NCBI RefSeq assembly: GCF_017876815.1
Contig: NZ_JAGIOS010000002.1
Span: 1,440,001 to 1,472,000 of the forward strand
DNA length: 32,000 bases
Source of the DNA: Sinorhizobium meliloti
GTDB lineage: Bacteria; Pseudomonadota; Alphaproteobacteria; Rhizobiales; Rhizobiaceae
Direction: 5' to 3'
In this document: in pieces, positions 8,406-17,402 of the stretch
Numbering within the stretch: the stretch's first letter is position 1
Layout: the number at the start of each line of letters is the position of its first letter
Program-made: the position numbers and the translations under genes
Notes under the pieces: model-generated
What the model was told of the DNA's origin: nothing
Seen by the model: the letters and a program-made list of their open reading frames with translations, nothing else
Databases searched by the model: none

Positions 8406-9656
8406 CTATGCCGCTATTTTCAACTTCGCCTGTTCCAGCGACCAATACTCCATGTCGAAGAGATCTGCCTCGCTGATCGGAGTGAAACAGCCATAGGCTT
8501 CCGCGGCGTTGATTACCCGGGCAGCCTGTTCGCAGAGATCTCCGCCGATTTTGGCCGCCTTGGCATTCGCGCCGATCGCGAACATGCCTTTGCCAAGCAC
8601 CAGAACGACCCGTGGATAGACGTCCAGTATCCGTTTCGGCTCGTTGGCGCGGGTCGCGTTTTTCTCAAAGTAGGCCCTGTAACGGTCCGCATAAGCGGCT
8701 AACGCGCTCTCGATTGCGCGTTCATCCGCATCGGCCCCGATGATCATCGGCCAGGGCTTGATACGAATTACGTGGTCTGGCGTCACCGTGCCGCGCAGAC
8801 TGATCGCCTCCACGTTCGGCTTCGATGTGAGTTCACGGATCGCTTGAGTCGAACGGTAATCGAGGAAGACACCCTTTGCGAAAGGCGACCCTTGCCGCAT
8901 CAGTGCTTTTTCCAGCCGCTTAGCAAGCCCCGCGTCTCTCTCGCCGTCATTGGGCTGCGGGCCCGTCAACGCCACGCCGGCGCGGGCGAGTTCCTCCTCT
9001 GCCAGTGTGACGAATTCGATCATCAGCTCATAGGAGGCACGGGCATCGTTTGCGAACGTGAAGAGGCCGTGATTTTCCAGCCATAGACCCTCGCAACCCG
9101 CATGCTCGCGATTGATGCGGTCCGCGGCGATGGAAAGATCGAAGCCGGGCATCACATAGGGCACATAGGCGAGGCGATCGCCATAGATGCGACGAACGGT
9201 GTCGCGCATGTTCGGTTGGTCGGCGAGCGCCAGGACCGCTGTCGCATGCGTGTGGTCGACGTAGGCAAAGGGTATGAAGGCGTGCAGCAGCGCTTCGACG
9301 GACGGGTTCGGCGCGTCCTTCTCGATGAGGCTGGCACGCAACAGTGAAACCATGTCCGGGTCTGAGAGTTTCGGGGTGTTACGGGCTTCGAGCAAAGGCG
9401 CGAGGCGCACGGCGGGCAGGCCCGGCGCCTCGATCGTGTCGAGGTCCCAGCCGCTTCCCTTGATGTGCATGAGGTCCTCTCCCTCGTCAGACCTTACCTT
9501 GACCGAGGTGTTGCCGCCGCCGTGCAGCACAAGGTCCGGGTCACTGCCGATGATACGGGAGGTGTAGATACGAAGGCCGAGGGCCTCGCTCTGTCCCGCG
9601 GCGCGTGCCGCCTCTACAAAACGTGCTGCGTCCTCGTCGTTCCAGCGGCTTTCCAT
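8406..9656 (-). CDS. class II aldolase/adducin-domain protein; equals the N-terminal half of bifunctional aldolase/short-chain dehydrogenases, SDR half missing
   Basis: Start re-set to the ATG at 9656 (MESRWNDEDAARF...); the track start at 9950 overlaps lsrB. Motifs: LVLHGGGNTSVK, HIKGSGWDL, VDHTHATAVLALA, PYVMPGFDL. The protein ends at ...MEYWSLEQAKLKIAA, which is where full-length RhaD-like homologues continue into a Rossmann SDR domain. Confidence 0.8.
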   Translation of the reverse strand: MESRWNDEDAARFVEAARAAGQSEALGLRIYTSRIIGSDPDLVLHGGGNTSVKVRSDEGEDLMHIKGSGWDLDTIEAPGLPAVRLAPLLEARNTPKLSDPDMVSLLRASLIEKDAPNPSVEALLHAFIPFAYVDHTHATAVLALADQPNMRDTVRRIYGDRLAYVPYVMPGFDLSIAADRINREHAGCEGLWLENHGLFTFANDARASYELMIEFVTLAEEELARAGVALTGPQPNDGERDAGLAKRLEKALMRQGSPFAKGVFLDYRSTQAIRELTSKPNVEAISLRGTVTPDHVIRIKPWPMIIGADADERAIESALAAYADRYRAYFEKNATRANEPKRILDVYPRVVLVLGKGMFAIGANAKAAKIGGDLCEQAARVINAAEAYGCFTPISEADLFDMEYWSLEQAKLKIAA

Positions 9657-9684
9657 GCGAATTGTCCTGTCTATGATTGAAGGT

Positions 9685-9710
9685 CGGCGGGCAACCGGAG
9701 CCGCCCGCCG
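9685..9710 (-). other. intercistronic GC stem-loop between lsrB and the aldolase gene
   Basis: CGGCGGGC-N10-GCCCGCCG, an 8-bp perfect stem, begins 12 nt after the lsrB stop. No U-tract follows on the - strand, so it is more likely an mRNA structure than a full terminator. Confidence 0.3.
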
Positions 9711-9721
9711 TTTGTGCGTGC

Positions 9722-10759
9722 TTAGAAGTCGAAGTTGCCAATGTTTTCCTTGGTGAAAACGGTGCGCTCCGGCAGCAGGATGATGCCGTTGCCATCGGCT
9801 TCGTAATCGTAGCCCTGTACCTTGTTGGCTGAGACTTCGACGGTTCCGACGCCGGGGATCTCCAGTTTCTCGCCGACCTTCATGGGGCCGTTCTTCAAGA
9901 CGTGATCGGCAACGAAGACCGAGATCTTGCCTTGCTGCGTGACGTCCCAAAGGCCGAAGCGCTGGATCGTGCCGCGCTCGATATAGGGCCGCATGACATT
10001 TGGGGTGGAGAAGCCGACGATAGTGACGCCCTCGGCGCGCTCCAAATTTTCCGCCGCCTGCGCCGCTGCCGGCAGGGCGTTTGCATCGGGCGCGATGATC
10101 GCGTCGAGGTCAGGATAGGTCTGCAGGATACTTTCAGCCGTCTGCAGTGATTTCTGAGCGTCGTTGTAGCCATACTGGGTGGTAACGATTTCCCAGCCCG
10201 GATGCTCCTTGGCGATCTTCGCCTTGGCGGCTTCCGCCCAGGCGTTCTGGTCGGTCACGGTCGGGCTCGAGTAGAAGAAGGCAACCTTGGCCTTTTCCTT
10301 CTTCACACCCTCGGCCGCCATGTCGACCAGAAGGCCGCCAAGCTGCTCAGGCGTGCCTTGGTTGATGTAATAGCTGCGGCAATCCGGGTTGACGTCGCTG
10401 TCCCAGGTCATGACGAGCACGCCGCGTTCCATGGCGCGCTTCAGCGCCGGGCACAGGCCGTCCGGAGAGACGGAGGAGACGATGAGCGCGTTGTAGCCCT
10501 GGTTGACGAAGTTGTTGATGAACTGGACCTGCCCGGAAACGCTCGGCTCCGTCGGGCCGTCATAGGTGACCTTCGCGCCGACTTCCTCGCCCGCCTTCAC
10601 CGCGCCGGCGCCGCCGGAGGTGAAGAAGCCGACACCCACCAGCTTGGGGATGAAGGCGATCTGGTTTTCTGCATGCGCAGCGCCCGAGGCGAGCATGGTG
10701 CCGGCCAAAAGCGCCGCGGCGAGGGCGCTCGATTTCATGATGGTCTTGATCATTCTCAT
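9722..10759 (-). CDS. lsrB: autoinducer-2 (AI-2) periplasmic binding protein LsrB
   Basis: Signal peptide (..[10 protein letters not shown]) followed by long blocks that I recognise as near-identical to enterobacterial LsrB: [94 protein letters not shown] overlap with the lsrD stop. Confidence 0.92.
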   Translation of the reverse strand: MRMIKTIMKSSALAAALLAGTMLASGAAHAENQIAFIPKLVGVGFFTSGGAGAVKAGEEVGAKVTYDGPTEPSVSGQVQFINNFVNQGYNALIVSSVSPDGLCPALKRAMERGVLVMTWDSDVNPDCRSYYINQGTPEQLGGLLVDMAAEGVKKEKAKVAFFYSSPTVTDQNAWAEAAKAKIAKEHPGWEIVTTQYGYNDAQKSLQTAESILQTYPDLDAIIAPDANALPAAAQAAENLERAEGVTIVGFSTPNVMRPYIERGTIQRFGLWDVTQQGKISVFVADHVLKNGPMKVGEKLEIPGVGTVEVSANKVQGYDYEADGNGIILLPERTVFTKENIGNFDF

Positions 10760-11769
10760 TCTCCTCCTGAAGTGACGGCCACCCGGTTCTGTCTCTGTTG
10801 CCGGGCGACCGCGATGAAATCGGCCAGCATCGCGCTTGCGTGGCGCAATGCGACCGCGACGACCAGCAACCCTCCCGAAAGTGCGCTGGAAATCTGGCTG
10901 GGGACGCCGGCCGCCTGCAAGCCCTGCTGCAGGTAACCGATGACGAAGGTGGCAAGCAGGGTGCCGAGGATGGAGCCCTGACCGCCATAGATGGAGGCGC
11001 CGCCGAGTACGGCCGCGGTGACGGCTGGCAGCAGCGTCGCCGAACCGAGGTCGACGCGCGCGGAGCCGAAATAGGCCGACATGACGAGGCCTGCGATGGC
11101 CGCCGAAACGCCGGTAATGACATAGGTGAACGTCTGGACGCGGCCGACCGGGATACCGGCGAAATGGGCAGCCCTTTCAGACTGGCCGGAAAGGAACACG
11201 GTGCGACCGAAGCGAGTGAAATGCAGAAGGACGATGAGCACGAGCGAGAGTGCGAGGAAGAGCGCGAGAGGTGCCGGCAGCCCAAGGAATTCGGCATAGC
11301 CGAAGGCGTTGAAGGCCTCCGGAAAGTTACCGATGCCCTCGTAGCCGCCCGCGCCGACGAGACCGGAGGCGACGGTCGCCGTACCCTGGAAAAGATAGAG
11401 GCTGCCGAGCGTGACGACGAGCGGCTGTATCTTGGACAGGTGGATGACCGTGGCGTTGAGGAGCCCGCAGAGCGCGCCGGTAACCAGAGCGAGCAAGATG
11501 GAAAGCGGAAGCGGCACGCCGTAGAATGTCGCGACGCCAAACATGATGGCAGTAAGGCCGATTACTGAGGCGAAAGACACGTCAATGCCGCCGGCAATTA
11601 TGACAAGGGTCAGCGGTAGGGCGACGATGCCGATCTGAACGAAGTCTGAGGTGCCGTAGATCAGGTTCGTAAGATTGAGGAAGCGCGGATTGACGAGACC
11701 GAAGATGAGAAGTTCTGCGACGAGCATGGCAAAGAGGGCGGTCTCCCAGCGGAAGATCAGCTTTTTCAT
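10756..11769 (-). CDS. lsrD: AI-2 ABC transporter permease LsrD
   Basis: 337-aa polytopic permease. [47 protein letters not shown] and [22 protein letters not shown] align with LsrD. ATGA overlaps at both ends. Confidence 0.9.
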   Translation of the reverse strand: MKKLIFRWETALFAMLVAELLIFGLVNPRFLNLTNLIYGTSDFVQIGIVALPLTLVIIAGGIDVSFASVIGLTAIMFGVATFYGVPLPLSILLALVTGALCGLLNATVIHLSKIQPLVVTLGSLYLFQGTATVASGLVGAGGYEGIGNFPEAFNAFGYAEFLGLPAPLALFLALSLVLIVLLHFTRFGRTVFLSGQSERAAHFAGIPVGRVQTFTYVITGVSAAIAGLVMSAYFGSARVDLGSATLLPAVTAAVLGGASIYGGQGSILGTLLATFVIGYLQQGLQAAGVPSQISSALSGGLLVVAVALRHASAMLADFIAVARQQRQNRVAVTSGGE

Positions 11770-12797
11770 CGGCTTGCCTCCACATTGCGCGCCGTCGTCG
11801 TCTCACGGGATTGTGTTGGGCCGCGCTCGTGCACCCCATAGCGGCGGGCACGGATGCGCCGGTCGATAATCTGGCGGATGCGGCCGTCGAGGAGCAGGAC
11901 CGAGAGCAGGATCGCGCCTGCAATGAAGTCATTCCAATAGGCCGGGATCTTCAAGAAAACGAGGGCACTGTCTATCGAAGTGATAAAGATAACGGCGGTG
12001 AAGACGCCAGCGACCGAACCGGTGCCTCCGAGAAGGCTCACGCCTCCTAGCACATTGACGGCGATGGCCTTCAGTTCGATGCCGTTACCGGCCTGATTTG
12101 GGATGAAGCCGATCTGGGCGGCGAAGACGAGGCCGGCGAGGGCGGCGCAGACGCCCGTTGCAACGAAAGCGGAAAACTGCACCAGCTTAACCGGTACACC
12201 GAGATGGTGGGCAGCCGCGCGGTTATCGCCGACTGCGTAGAAATTGCGGCCGAAGCGCGTCCTTCGCAGTACGATCCAGGCGAGCGCAACAAGTGCCAGC
12301 ACAACAATCGTGAGGACGGAGAAGCCGAAGCCGAGATTGGCGGCGAGCGCCTTCAGACCCTGCGGCAGGTCCTCGATCCAGCGCCCGCCCGTGAGGACGA
12401 GCATGATGCCGCGATAAAGTCCAAGCGTGCCAAGGGTGGCGACGATGGATGGAATGCCGAGATAGGCAACCATCAGACCGTTGAAGGCCCCGGCGACAGC
12501 ACCGGTTGCAAGGCAGAAGGCGATGGCGAGCGGCAGGCTCACGCCGGCTGTGAGCGAAAGGCCGAGCACCGCGGCGCTGAGGCCAAGCACCGAACCGCTC
12601 GACACATCGATATTGCGCGTCAGGATGACCATCATAGTCCCGAGCGAGATCAGCATCAGGACGAGGCTGTTGGAGACAACCACCGAGGCAGTGGCGCCGG
12701 ACAGATAGCCGGGCGCGGCCGTGCCGATCGCGGCGTAGGCGACGGCAAGCACTAGGATGAGCGTTGCGACGCGATTGCGGGAAAAGAGATCAAGCAT
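11766..12797 (-). CDS. lsrC: AI-2 ABC transporter permease LsrC
   Basis: Start re-set to the ATG at 12797 (MLDLFSRNRVATL...), which overlaps the lsrA stop (ATGCTTGA). LTRNIDVSSGSV, IVATLGTLGLYRGIMLVLTGGRWIE, FYAVGDN and QIGFIPNQAGNG match LsrC. The upstream 152 codons of the track ORF lie inside lsrA in another frame. Confidence 0.9.
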   Translation of the reverse strand: MLDLFSRNRVATLILVLAVAYAAIGTAAPGYLSGATASVVVSNSLVLMLISLGTMMVILTRNIDVSSGSVLGLSAAVLGLSLTAGVSLPLAIAFCLATGAVAGAFNGLMVAYLGIPSIVATLGTLGLYRGIMLVLTGGRWIEDLPQGLKALAANLGFGFSVLTIVVLALVALAWIVLRRTRFGRNFYAVGDNRAAAHHLGVPVKLVQFSAFVATGVCAALAGLVFAAQIGFIPNQAGNGIELKAIAVNVLGGVSLLGGTGSVAGVFTAVIFITSIDSALVFLKIPAYWNDFIAGAILLSVLLLDGRIRQIIDRRIRARRYGVHERGPTQSRETTTARNVEASR

Positions 12798-14307
12798 GGC
12801 GGCCCTCCGAGGCGCCGAAGGCGAGGCGGGCGATGGCGTCAACCGAGATCTGGTCCGTGAGTTTGCCGCCAGACTGGCCGAAGGCCATGATCTCGACCCG
12901 GTCGGCAAGCTGTTCGATCTCGTCGAAGTCGGATGAAATGAGGATGATGGCGACGCCGTCGGCGGCAAGCCGGCGGATGACGTCGTAGAGGTCGTTGCGT
13001 GCCGCCACGTCCACGCCGCGCGTGGGCTCGTCGAGAATGAGCACCTTGGGCCGAGCGGAAAGGCATTTGGCGAGCAGCACCTTCTGCTGGTTGCCACCCG
13101 AAAGACCGCGCGCCTCCTGGTCGGCGCCGGTGCACTTGATGCCCATGCTCGCGCGGAACCCATCGAAGACCTTACGCTCGGCGCCGGGCCGCAGAAAGAA
13201 GGGCAGGCGGTGCACCAGGTAGGACGAAACGTTCCAGGAAAGCGGTGCTTCAAGGAAAAGGCCGTGCTGCTGGCGGTCTTCAGGCAGGTAGACGAGGCCG
13301 AGGTCGATGCATATGCGCGGTGAGCGCTTCTTCAGTTCCGCGCCATCAAAGACGACGCTGCCCCCCATCTGCGGCCGAAGGCCGAAGAGCGTTTCGGCGA
13401 ACTCCGTGCGTCCGGCGCCCACGACCCCGGCAAGGCCGAGGATTTCGCCGGCCCGCACGTCGAGGCTGATATTGCGGAACCCTTCGCCGCTGAGGTCGCG
13501 CACGCTGAGACGCGGCTTGCCGATCTGCGAAACCTTGCGGCACACACGCTTCTTGTCGGCATCATCCGCGATCTGCACACGGCTCATCGCGTCGATAATC
13601 ACGGCGTCGCTGTAGCTGTCGAGCGGCCCGCTAAGCACGATCACACCGTCGCGCAGTACGCTGATTGTGCCGCAGATCTCGCGAATCTCGCGCAGCTTGT
13701 GCGAGATGAAGAAGATGCCGACACCCTGACTCTGGAGCTTGCGCACGCGCTGAAAGAGGGCGCTGGTCTCGAAGGGGGTTAGCGCCGAAGTCGGTTCGTC
13801 GAGTATCAGCACGCGCGCGTCACGTACGAGACCGCGCAGGATTTCGACAATCTGCCGCTCGGCGATTTCAAGGGCGGCGGCCTGCACGTCGAGGTCGAGC
13901 GAGACTGAGAGCTCGGCGACGAGTTGCTCGACGCGCGGCCTTAGCGCGCGGGGAGAGGCTGCAAGGCCAAGGCAGATGTTTTCCAGAACGCTCTGGTTGG
14001 GCAGGATATGCGCCTCTTGCGGCACCAGGTAAAGCCCGAGTTTCTGCGCGAGCGCCGGCGATGCATGGGTGAGGGCGCGGCCGTTGATCTCGATGGCGCC
14101 GGCATTAGACGCAATGACGCCCGACATGATTTTCATGAGGCTCGACTTGCCAGCGCCGTTGCCGCCGAGAAGCGCATGCACCTCTCCCGCGTGCAAAACT
14201 AGGGAAACACCTTTTAGCACCGGAACGGCACCGTAGGACTTCCAGACGTCCGTCAGCTTCGCGACCCTCCCGGCCACCGGGCTCCCAGCCATTCCGCACC
14301 TGTTCAT
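12790..14307 (-). CDS. lsrA: AI-2 ABC transporter ATP-binding protein LsrA (duplicated ATPase domains)
   Basis: 505 aa with Walker A GGNGAGKSS, signature LSGGNQQK, Walker B LILDEPT twice, and sugar-type tandem ABC architecture. First gene of the lsrACDB string. The true start may be the second ATG at 14292, which follows AGGTG. Confidence 0.9.
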   Translation of the reverse strand: MNRCGMAGSPVAGRVAKLTDVWKSYGAVPVLKGVSLVLHAGEVHALLGGNGAGKSSLMKIMSGVIASNAGAIEINGRALTHASPALAQKLGLYLVPQEAHILPNQSVLENICLGLAASPRALRPRVEQLVAELSVSLDLDVQAAALEIAERQIVEILRGLVRDARVLILDEPTSALTPFETSALFQRVRKLQSQGVGIFFISHKLREIREICGTISVLRDGVIVLSGPLDSYSDAVIIDAMSRVQIADDADKKRVCRKVSQIGKPRLSVRDLSGEGFRNISLDVRAGEILGLAGVVGAGRTEFAETLFGLRPQMGGSVVFDGAELKKRSPRICIDLGLVYLPEDRQQHGLFLEAPLSWNVSSYLVHRLPFFLRPGAERKVFDGFRASMGIKCTGADQEARGLSGGNQQKVLLAKCLSARPKVLILDEPTRGVDVAARNDLYDVIRRLAADGVAIILISSDFDEIEQLADRVEIMAFGQSGGKLTDQISVDAIARLAFGASEGRHA

Positions 14308-14313
14308 ATGTAA

Positions 14314-14370
14314 TTCATGAAAGTCATGTGATCACATAGCTCAATCGTCGTCAATATGCCCGTCACGTGA
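14314..14370. promoter_or_regulatory. cluster of perfect palindromes in the lsrA-lsrR divergent intergenic region (candidate LsrR operators/promoters)
   Basis: TTCATGAA (14314-14321), ATGTGATCACAT (14326-14337) and TCACGTGA (14363-14370) lie within the 225-nt AT-richer spacer between divergent lsrA and lsrR. Confidence 0.4.
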
Positions 14371-14532
14371 TGAACGACTATAGGAAGCCAGTGCATCGCT
14401 CGAAGCTCGGATTAGCCGCGCAAAATCAACGGATTGGAACTGGGAAGAATATTTCGCAGGCCTAACGCGTTGACGGATCAAAAGTTTTATTGGTATTCAA
14501 ATGATCAGAAATCGACCGAGGGAGCCGCTTGC

Positions 14533-15480
14533 ATGGCGTCGGACAACGGAGAATGGAGTTATGCCGACACGGACGAGGAGATCCTCACCCGTATCGCTTG
14601 GTATTACTACAACGACGGGCTGACGCAGAACGAGATCGGCGAGAAACTCAACATGTCGCGCATCAAGGTGTCGCGTCTTTTGGAGAGCGGCCGACGCTCC
14701 GGCATTATTCAGGTGCGTATCAACTCGAGATATCAGGGCTGCCTGGCGCTCGAGCGGCAGATCAAGGAGCGCTACGGGCTGTTGGAAGCCTACGTGGTGC
14801 CGCAGCTTCCCGATCAGGATCCGAGTGATCGGCTGGGTCAGGCGGCCGCGCAATTTCTCATGCAACGGCTTCAGCCGGACGACCTTCTGGCGGTCGGTTG
14901 GGGCGCGACCGTGAGCAACACGATCCAGCGGCTCGGCCATGTCGCCAACGAGCGCAATATTGGCCTAGTCAGCCTGACCGGCGGCGTCGGCACTTATGTC
15001 GACGGCATGCGAACGGCCAACTGGGGCAGCAGCGTTCATCTCGTACCGGCGCCGCTCGTCGTGCGCGACCCGGATGTCGCACGCAACCTCTCTTCCGAAC
15101 CCGCCGTCGCCAACTTGCTCGAAATGGCGCTCAACGCGAGTTACCAGCTCGTTGGCATCGGTGAACTTTCGGCCACCTCCACTGTCGTGCGTTCCGGCTA
15201 TGTCAGCCCCGATGAGGTGGAGCCGTTGCGCCGCAAGGGCGCCGTCGGCGACATCCTCTGCCAGTTCTACAACGAATGCGGAGAGCCACTCGAGTTGCCG
15301 CTGCACGATCGAGTGATCGGCGTGAAGCTCGCGGCGCTGTCGCGCGCGGAAAAAGTCGTGGCGGCGGCGGGTGGCATCCATAAGGTACAGGCCATCCATG
15401 CAGCGCTTTGCGGAAAGGTCGTCGGCATCCTCATAACCGACGAGACGACCGCGAGCCGCCTCATCGAGCTCGAGGACTGA
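14533..15480 (+). CDS. lsrR: SorC/DeoR-type transcriptional repressor LsrR
   Basis: Start re-set to the ATG at 14533, preceded by GAGGGAG. N-terminal HTH (IAWYYYNDGLTQNEIGEKLNMSRIKVSRLLESGRRSGIIQVRI) plus a sugar-phosphate-binding SorC domain. Divergent from lsrA and followed by lsrK, as in E. coli lsrRK. Confidence 0.9.
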   Translation: MASDNGEWSYADTDEEILTRIAWYYYNDGLTQNEIGEKLNMSRIKVSRLLESGRRSGIIQVRINSRYQGCLALERQIKERYGLLEAYVVPQLPDQDPSDRLGQAAAQFLMQRLQPDDLLAVGWGATVSNTIQRLGHVANERNIGLVSLTGGVGTYVDGMRTANWGSSVHLVPAPLVVRDPDVARNLSSEPAVANLLEMALNASYQLVGIGELSATSTVVRSGYVSPDEVEPLRRKGAVGDILCQFYNECGEPLELPLHDRVIGVKLAALSRAEKVVAAAGGIHKVQAIHAALCGKVVGILITDETTASRLIELED

Positions 15481-15484
15481 GACC

Positions 15485-17047
15485 ATGAAGACTTCCTATA
15501 TGCTGGCCGTCGATGCCGGCACGGGCAGCGGCCGCGCGGTGATCTTCGACGAAAACGGCAACCAGATCGCCAGCGCCCAGCACGAATGGTGGCACCGGGC
15601 CGATCCGCGCTTTCCGGGCTCGATGGACTTCGATGTGGAGGGCAACTGGTCGCTGCTGTCACGCGCCATTCGCCAGGCGATCGCCGAATCCCGCATTGCA
15701 CCCGCCGAGATCCGTGCAGTCAGTGCCACCAGCATGCGTGAGGCGATCGTCGCCTATGACCGCAGCGGTCGGGAAATCTGGGCCTGCGCCAACGTCGACA
15801 GTCGCGCCGTGAGCGAGGTGCGCGACCTGAAGCGCGATTTTGCCGATCTGGAGCGGACGCTTTATACTGAGAGCGGGCAGACTTTCGCGCTCGGCACCCT
15901 GCCGCGCCTGCTCTGGCTGAAGCGCAACCTGCCGGACGTCTATGCTCGCATCCACAGGATCAGCATGCTGTCAGATTGGGTTCTGGCGCGTCTCTCCGGC
16001 GTCATCGCGAGCGATCCTTCCAATGCCGGCACGACCGGTCTCTACAGCCTAACGAAACGCAATTGGATGCCTGAGGCGCTGAGCAAGGCCGGCATGCGCG
16101 ACGATATCTTCCCGGAAAGCGTCGAGCCGGGCACGGTGATCGGCCGGGTCACCGAAAGGGCGGCTAGCGAGACGGGCATTGCCACGGGCACACCCGTTGT
16201 CATGGGAGGCGGCGACTGCCAGAGCGGGGCAGCGGCAGTCGGTGTCGTGAATGAAGGTGACTGCGCCGTGCTCGGGGGGACCTTCTGGCAGCAGGTGGTG
16301 AATGTCGGCCCGTCCGTGTCCGATCCGTCTATGGACCTGCGCATCAATCCGCATGTCGTCAACGGCCTAAACCAGGCCGAGGCGATAAGCTTCTTCGTCG
16401 GCATGGTAATGCGTTGGTTCCGCGACAGTTTCGGCGCGGAAGAGGTCGCGGCGGCCGGGCCCGGCGGCGATGCCTACAGGCTCCTCGAGGAGAAAGCAGC
16501 CGGGGTGCCGGTGGGCGCTTACGGCATCATTCCGGTCTTCTCCGACGTCATGCACTACGGCAACTGGTATCACGCCGCGCCTTCGCTTCTGAACCTTTCT
16601 ATCGACCCGGAAAAATCGGGCAAGGCCGCGATCTTTCGCGCCCTTCAGGAGAATGCGGCGATTGTCGCGGCCCGCAACCTTTCGGCTATCTTCAAGCTTT
16701 CCGGCAAAACGCCGGATAAGATCGTCTTTGCGGCCGGCGCGTCGAAATCAGCCCACTGGTCGCAGATCCTTGCGGATGCCACCGGCCTTCCGGTCGTAAC
16801 GCCCGTGGTCAAGGAGGCGACGGCGCTCGGCTGCGCCGCAGCGGCGGCAATCGGGATCGGCCTACGCCGCAACTTCGTCGAGGCGGCGGCGAGCTGGGTG
16901 CGCTGGGACAAGCGTTTCGAGCCGAATTTCGACCACAAGGTTATCTACGAGGCGGCGGGCGAGCGCTGGGCACGCGCCTACGCGCTGCAGCGACAGCTCG
17001 TGGACGAGGGCGTCACCACGGCCATGTGGAAGGCGCCAGGTCTCTGA
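15485..17047 (+). CDS. lsrK: autoinducer-2 kinase LsrK (FGGY carbohydrate kinase family)
   Basis: 520 aa. LAVDAGTGSGRAVIFDENGNQIA, PGSMDFD, WACANVDSRA, DPSNAGTTGL, VLGGTFWQQVVN, AAPSLLNLSIDP and the C-terminal LWKAPGL-type end match LsrK along the whole length. Confidence 0.92.
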   Translation: MKTSYMLAVDAGTGSGRAVIFDENGNQIASAQHEWWHRADPRFPGSMDFDVEGNWSLLSRAIRQAIAESRIAPAEIRAVSATSMREAIVAYDRSGREIWACANVDSRAVSEVRDLKRDFADLERTLYTESGQTFALGTLPRLLWLKRNLPDVYARIHRISMLSDWVLARLSGVIASDPSNAGTTGLYSLTKRNWMPEALSKAGMRDDIFPESVEPGTVIGRVTERAASETGIATGTPVVMGGGDCQSGAAAVGVVNEGDCAVLGGTFWQQVVNVGPSVSDPSMDLRINPHVVNGLNQAEAISFFVGMVMRWFRDSFGAEEVAAAGPGGDAYRLLEEKAAGVPVGAYGIIPVFSDVMHYGNWYHAAPSLLNLSIDPEKSGKAAIFRALQENAAIVAARNLSAIFKLSGKTPDKIVFAAGASKSAHWSQILADATGLPVVTPVVKEATALGCAAAAAIGIGLRRNFVEAAASWVRWDKRFEPNFDHKVIYEAAGERWARAYALQRQLVDEGVTTAMWKAPGL

Positions 17048-17087
17048 GTTTTATAGATCCGTCAATCAACATAGCAGGAATTAAGAC

Positions 17088-17402
17088 ATGCTCATCCAGA
17101 TGGTTAGCATCAACGTCAAGCAAGGCCACGCCGCAGATTTTCTGGAGGCGTTCCGCATAAACTACGAAGGCACGCGCCAGGAGCCCGGTAATCTGCGCTT
17201 CGACGTCCTGCGCAATCCGGACGACGACCACAGCTTCGTCATCTATGAAGTCTTCAAGTCGCCTGAGGCGCTCGACGCGCACCGCAAGACCGAACACTAC
17301 CAGGAATGCGTGCGCCGGATCGACCCGATCCTCGCCGGCCCACGGACCAAGACCTTCTATAATGTCGAGATGGCCGATTTTCTCGCCGCGGGCCAAGCCT
17401 AG
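17088..17402 (+). CDS. lsrG: phospho-DPD isomerase LsrG (ABM monooxygenase-fold)
   Basis: 104 aa. INVKQGHAADFLEAFRINYEGTRQEPGNLRFDVLRNPDD..FVIYEVFKSPEALDAHRKTEHYQECV aligns with E. coli LsrG (EGNLRFDVLQDP, FYIYEAYKDE, HKTTPHYKTCV). Confidence 0.88.
   Translation: MLIQMVSINVKQGHAADFLEAFRINYEGTRQEPGNLRFDVLRNPDDDHSFVIYEVFKSPEALDAHRKTEHYQECVRRIDPILAGPRTKTFYNVEMADFLAAGQA

Noticed and set aside
7467-8702. 411-aa + strand ORF. I also expected 7470-8405 (-) to hold the missing SDR half of the aldolase gene.
   Set aside because: The + ORF is Arg/Ser/Ala-rich shadow sequence overlapping the aldolase gene. Reverse-strand frames show no Rossmann G-x-x-x-G-x-G or YxxxK motifs and instead give KpsC/KpsS-type blocks. 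I therefore annotated the region as a capsule-gene pseudogene.
9657-9950. Upstream 98 codons of the track ORF 8406-9950.
   Set aside because: They overlap the 3' end of lsrB in another frame and are Arg-rich. Homologous aldolase-domain proteins begin at the MESRWND-type N-terminus.
10202-11932. Long alternative-frame ORFs inside lsrB and lsrD (10202-10936 +, 10560-11540 -, 10798-11568 +, 11582-11932 -).
   Set aside because: They overlap strongly supported lsr genes and have a low-complexity Arg/Ser/Pro/Asp composition.
12798-13253. Upstream extension of lsrC in the track (start 13253).
   Set aside because: It lies inside lsrA in another frame. The ATG at 12797 gives the conserved LsrC N-terminus and the usual stop-start overlap.
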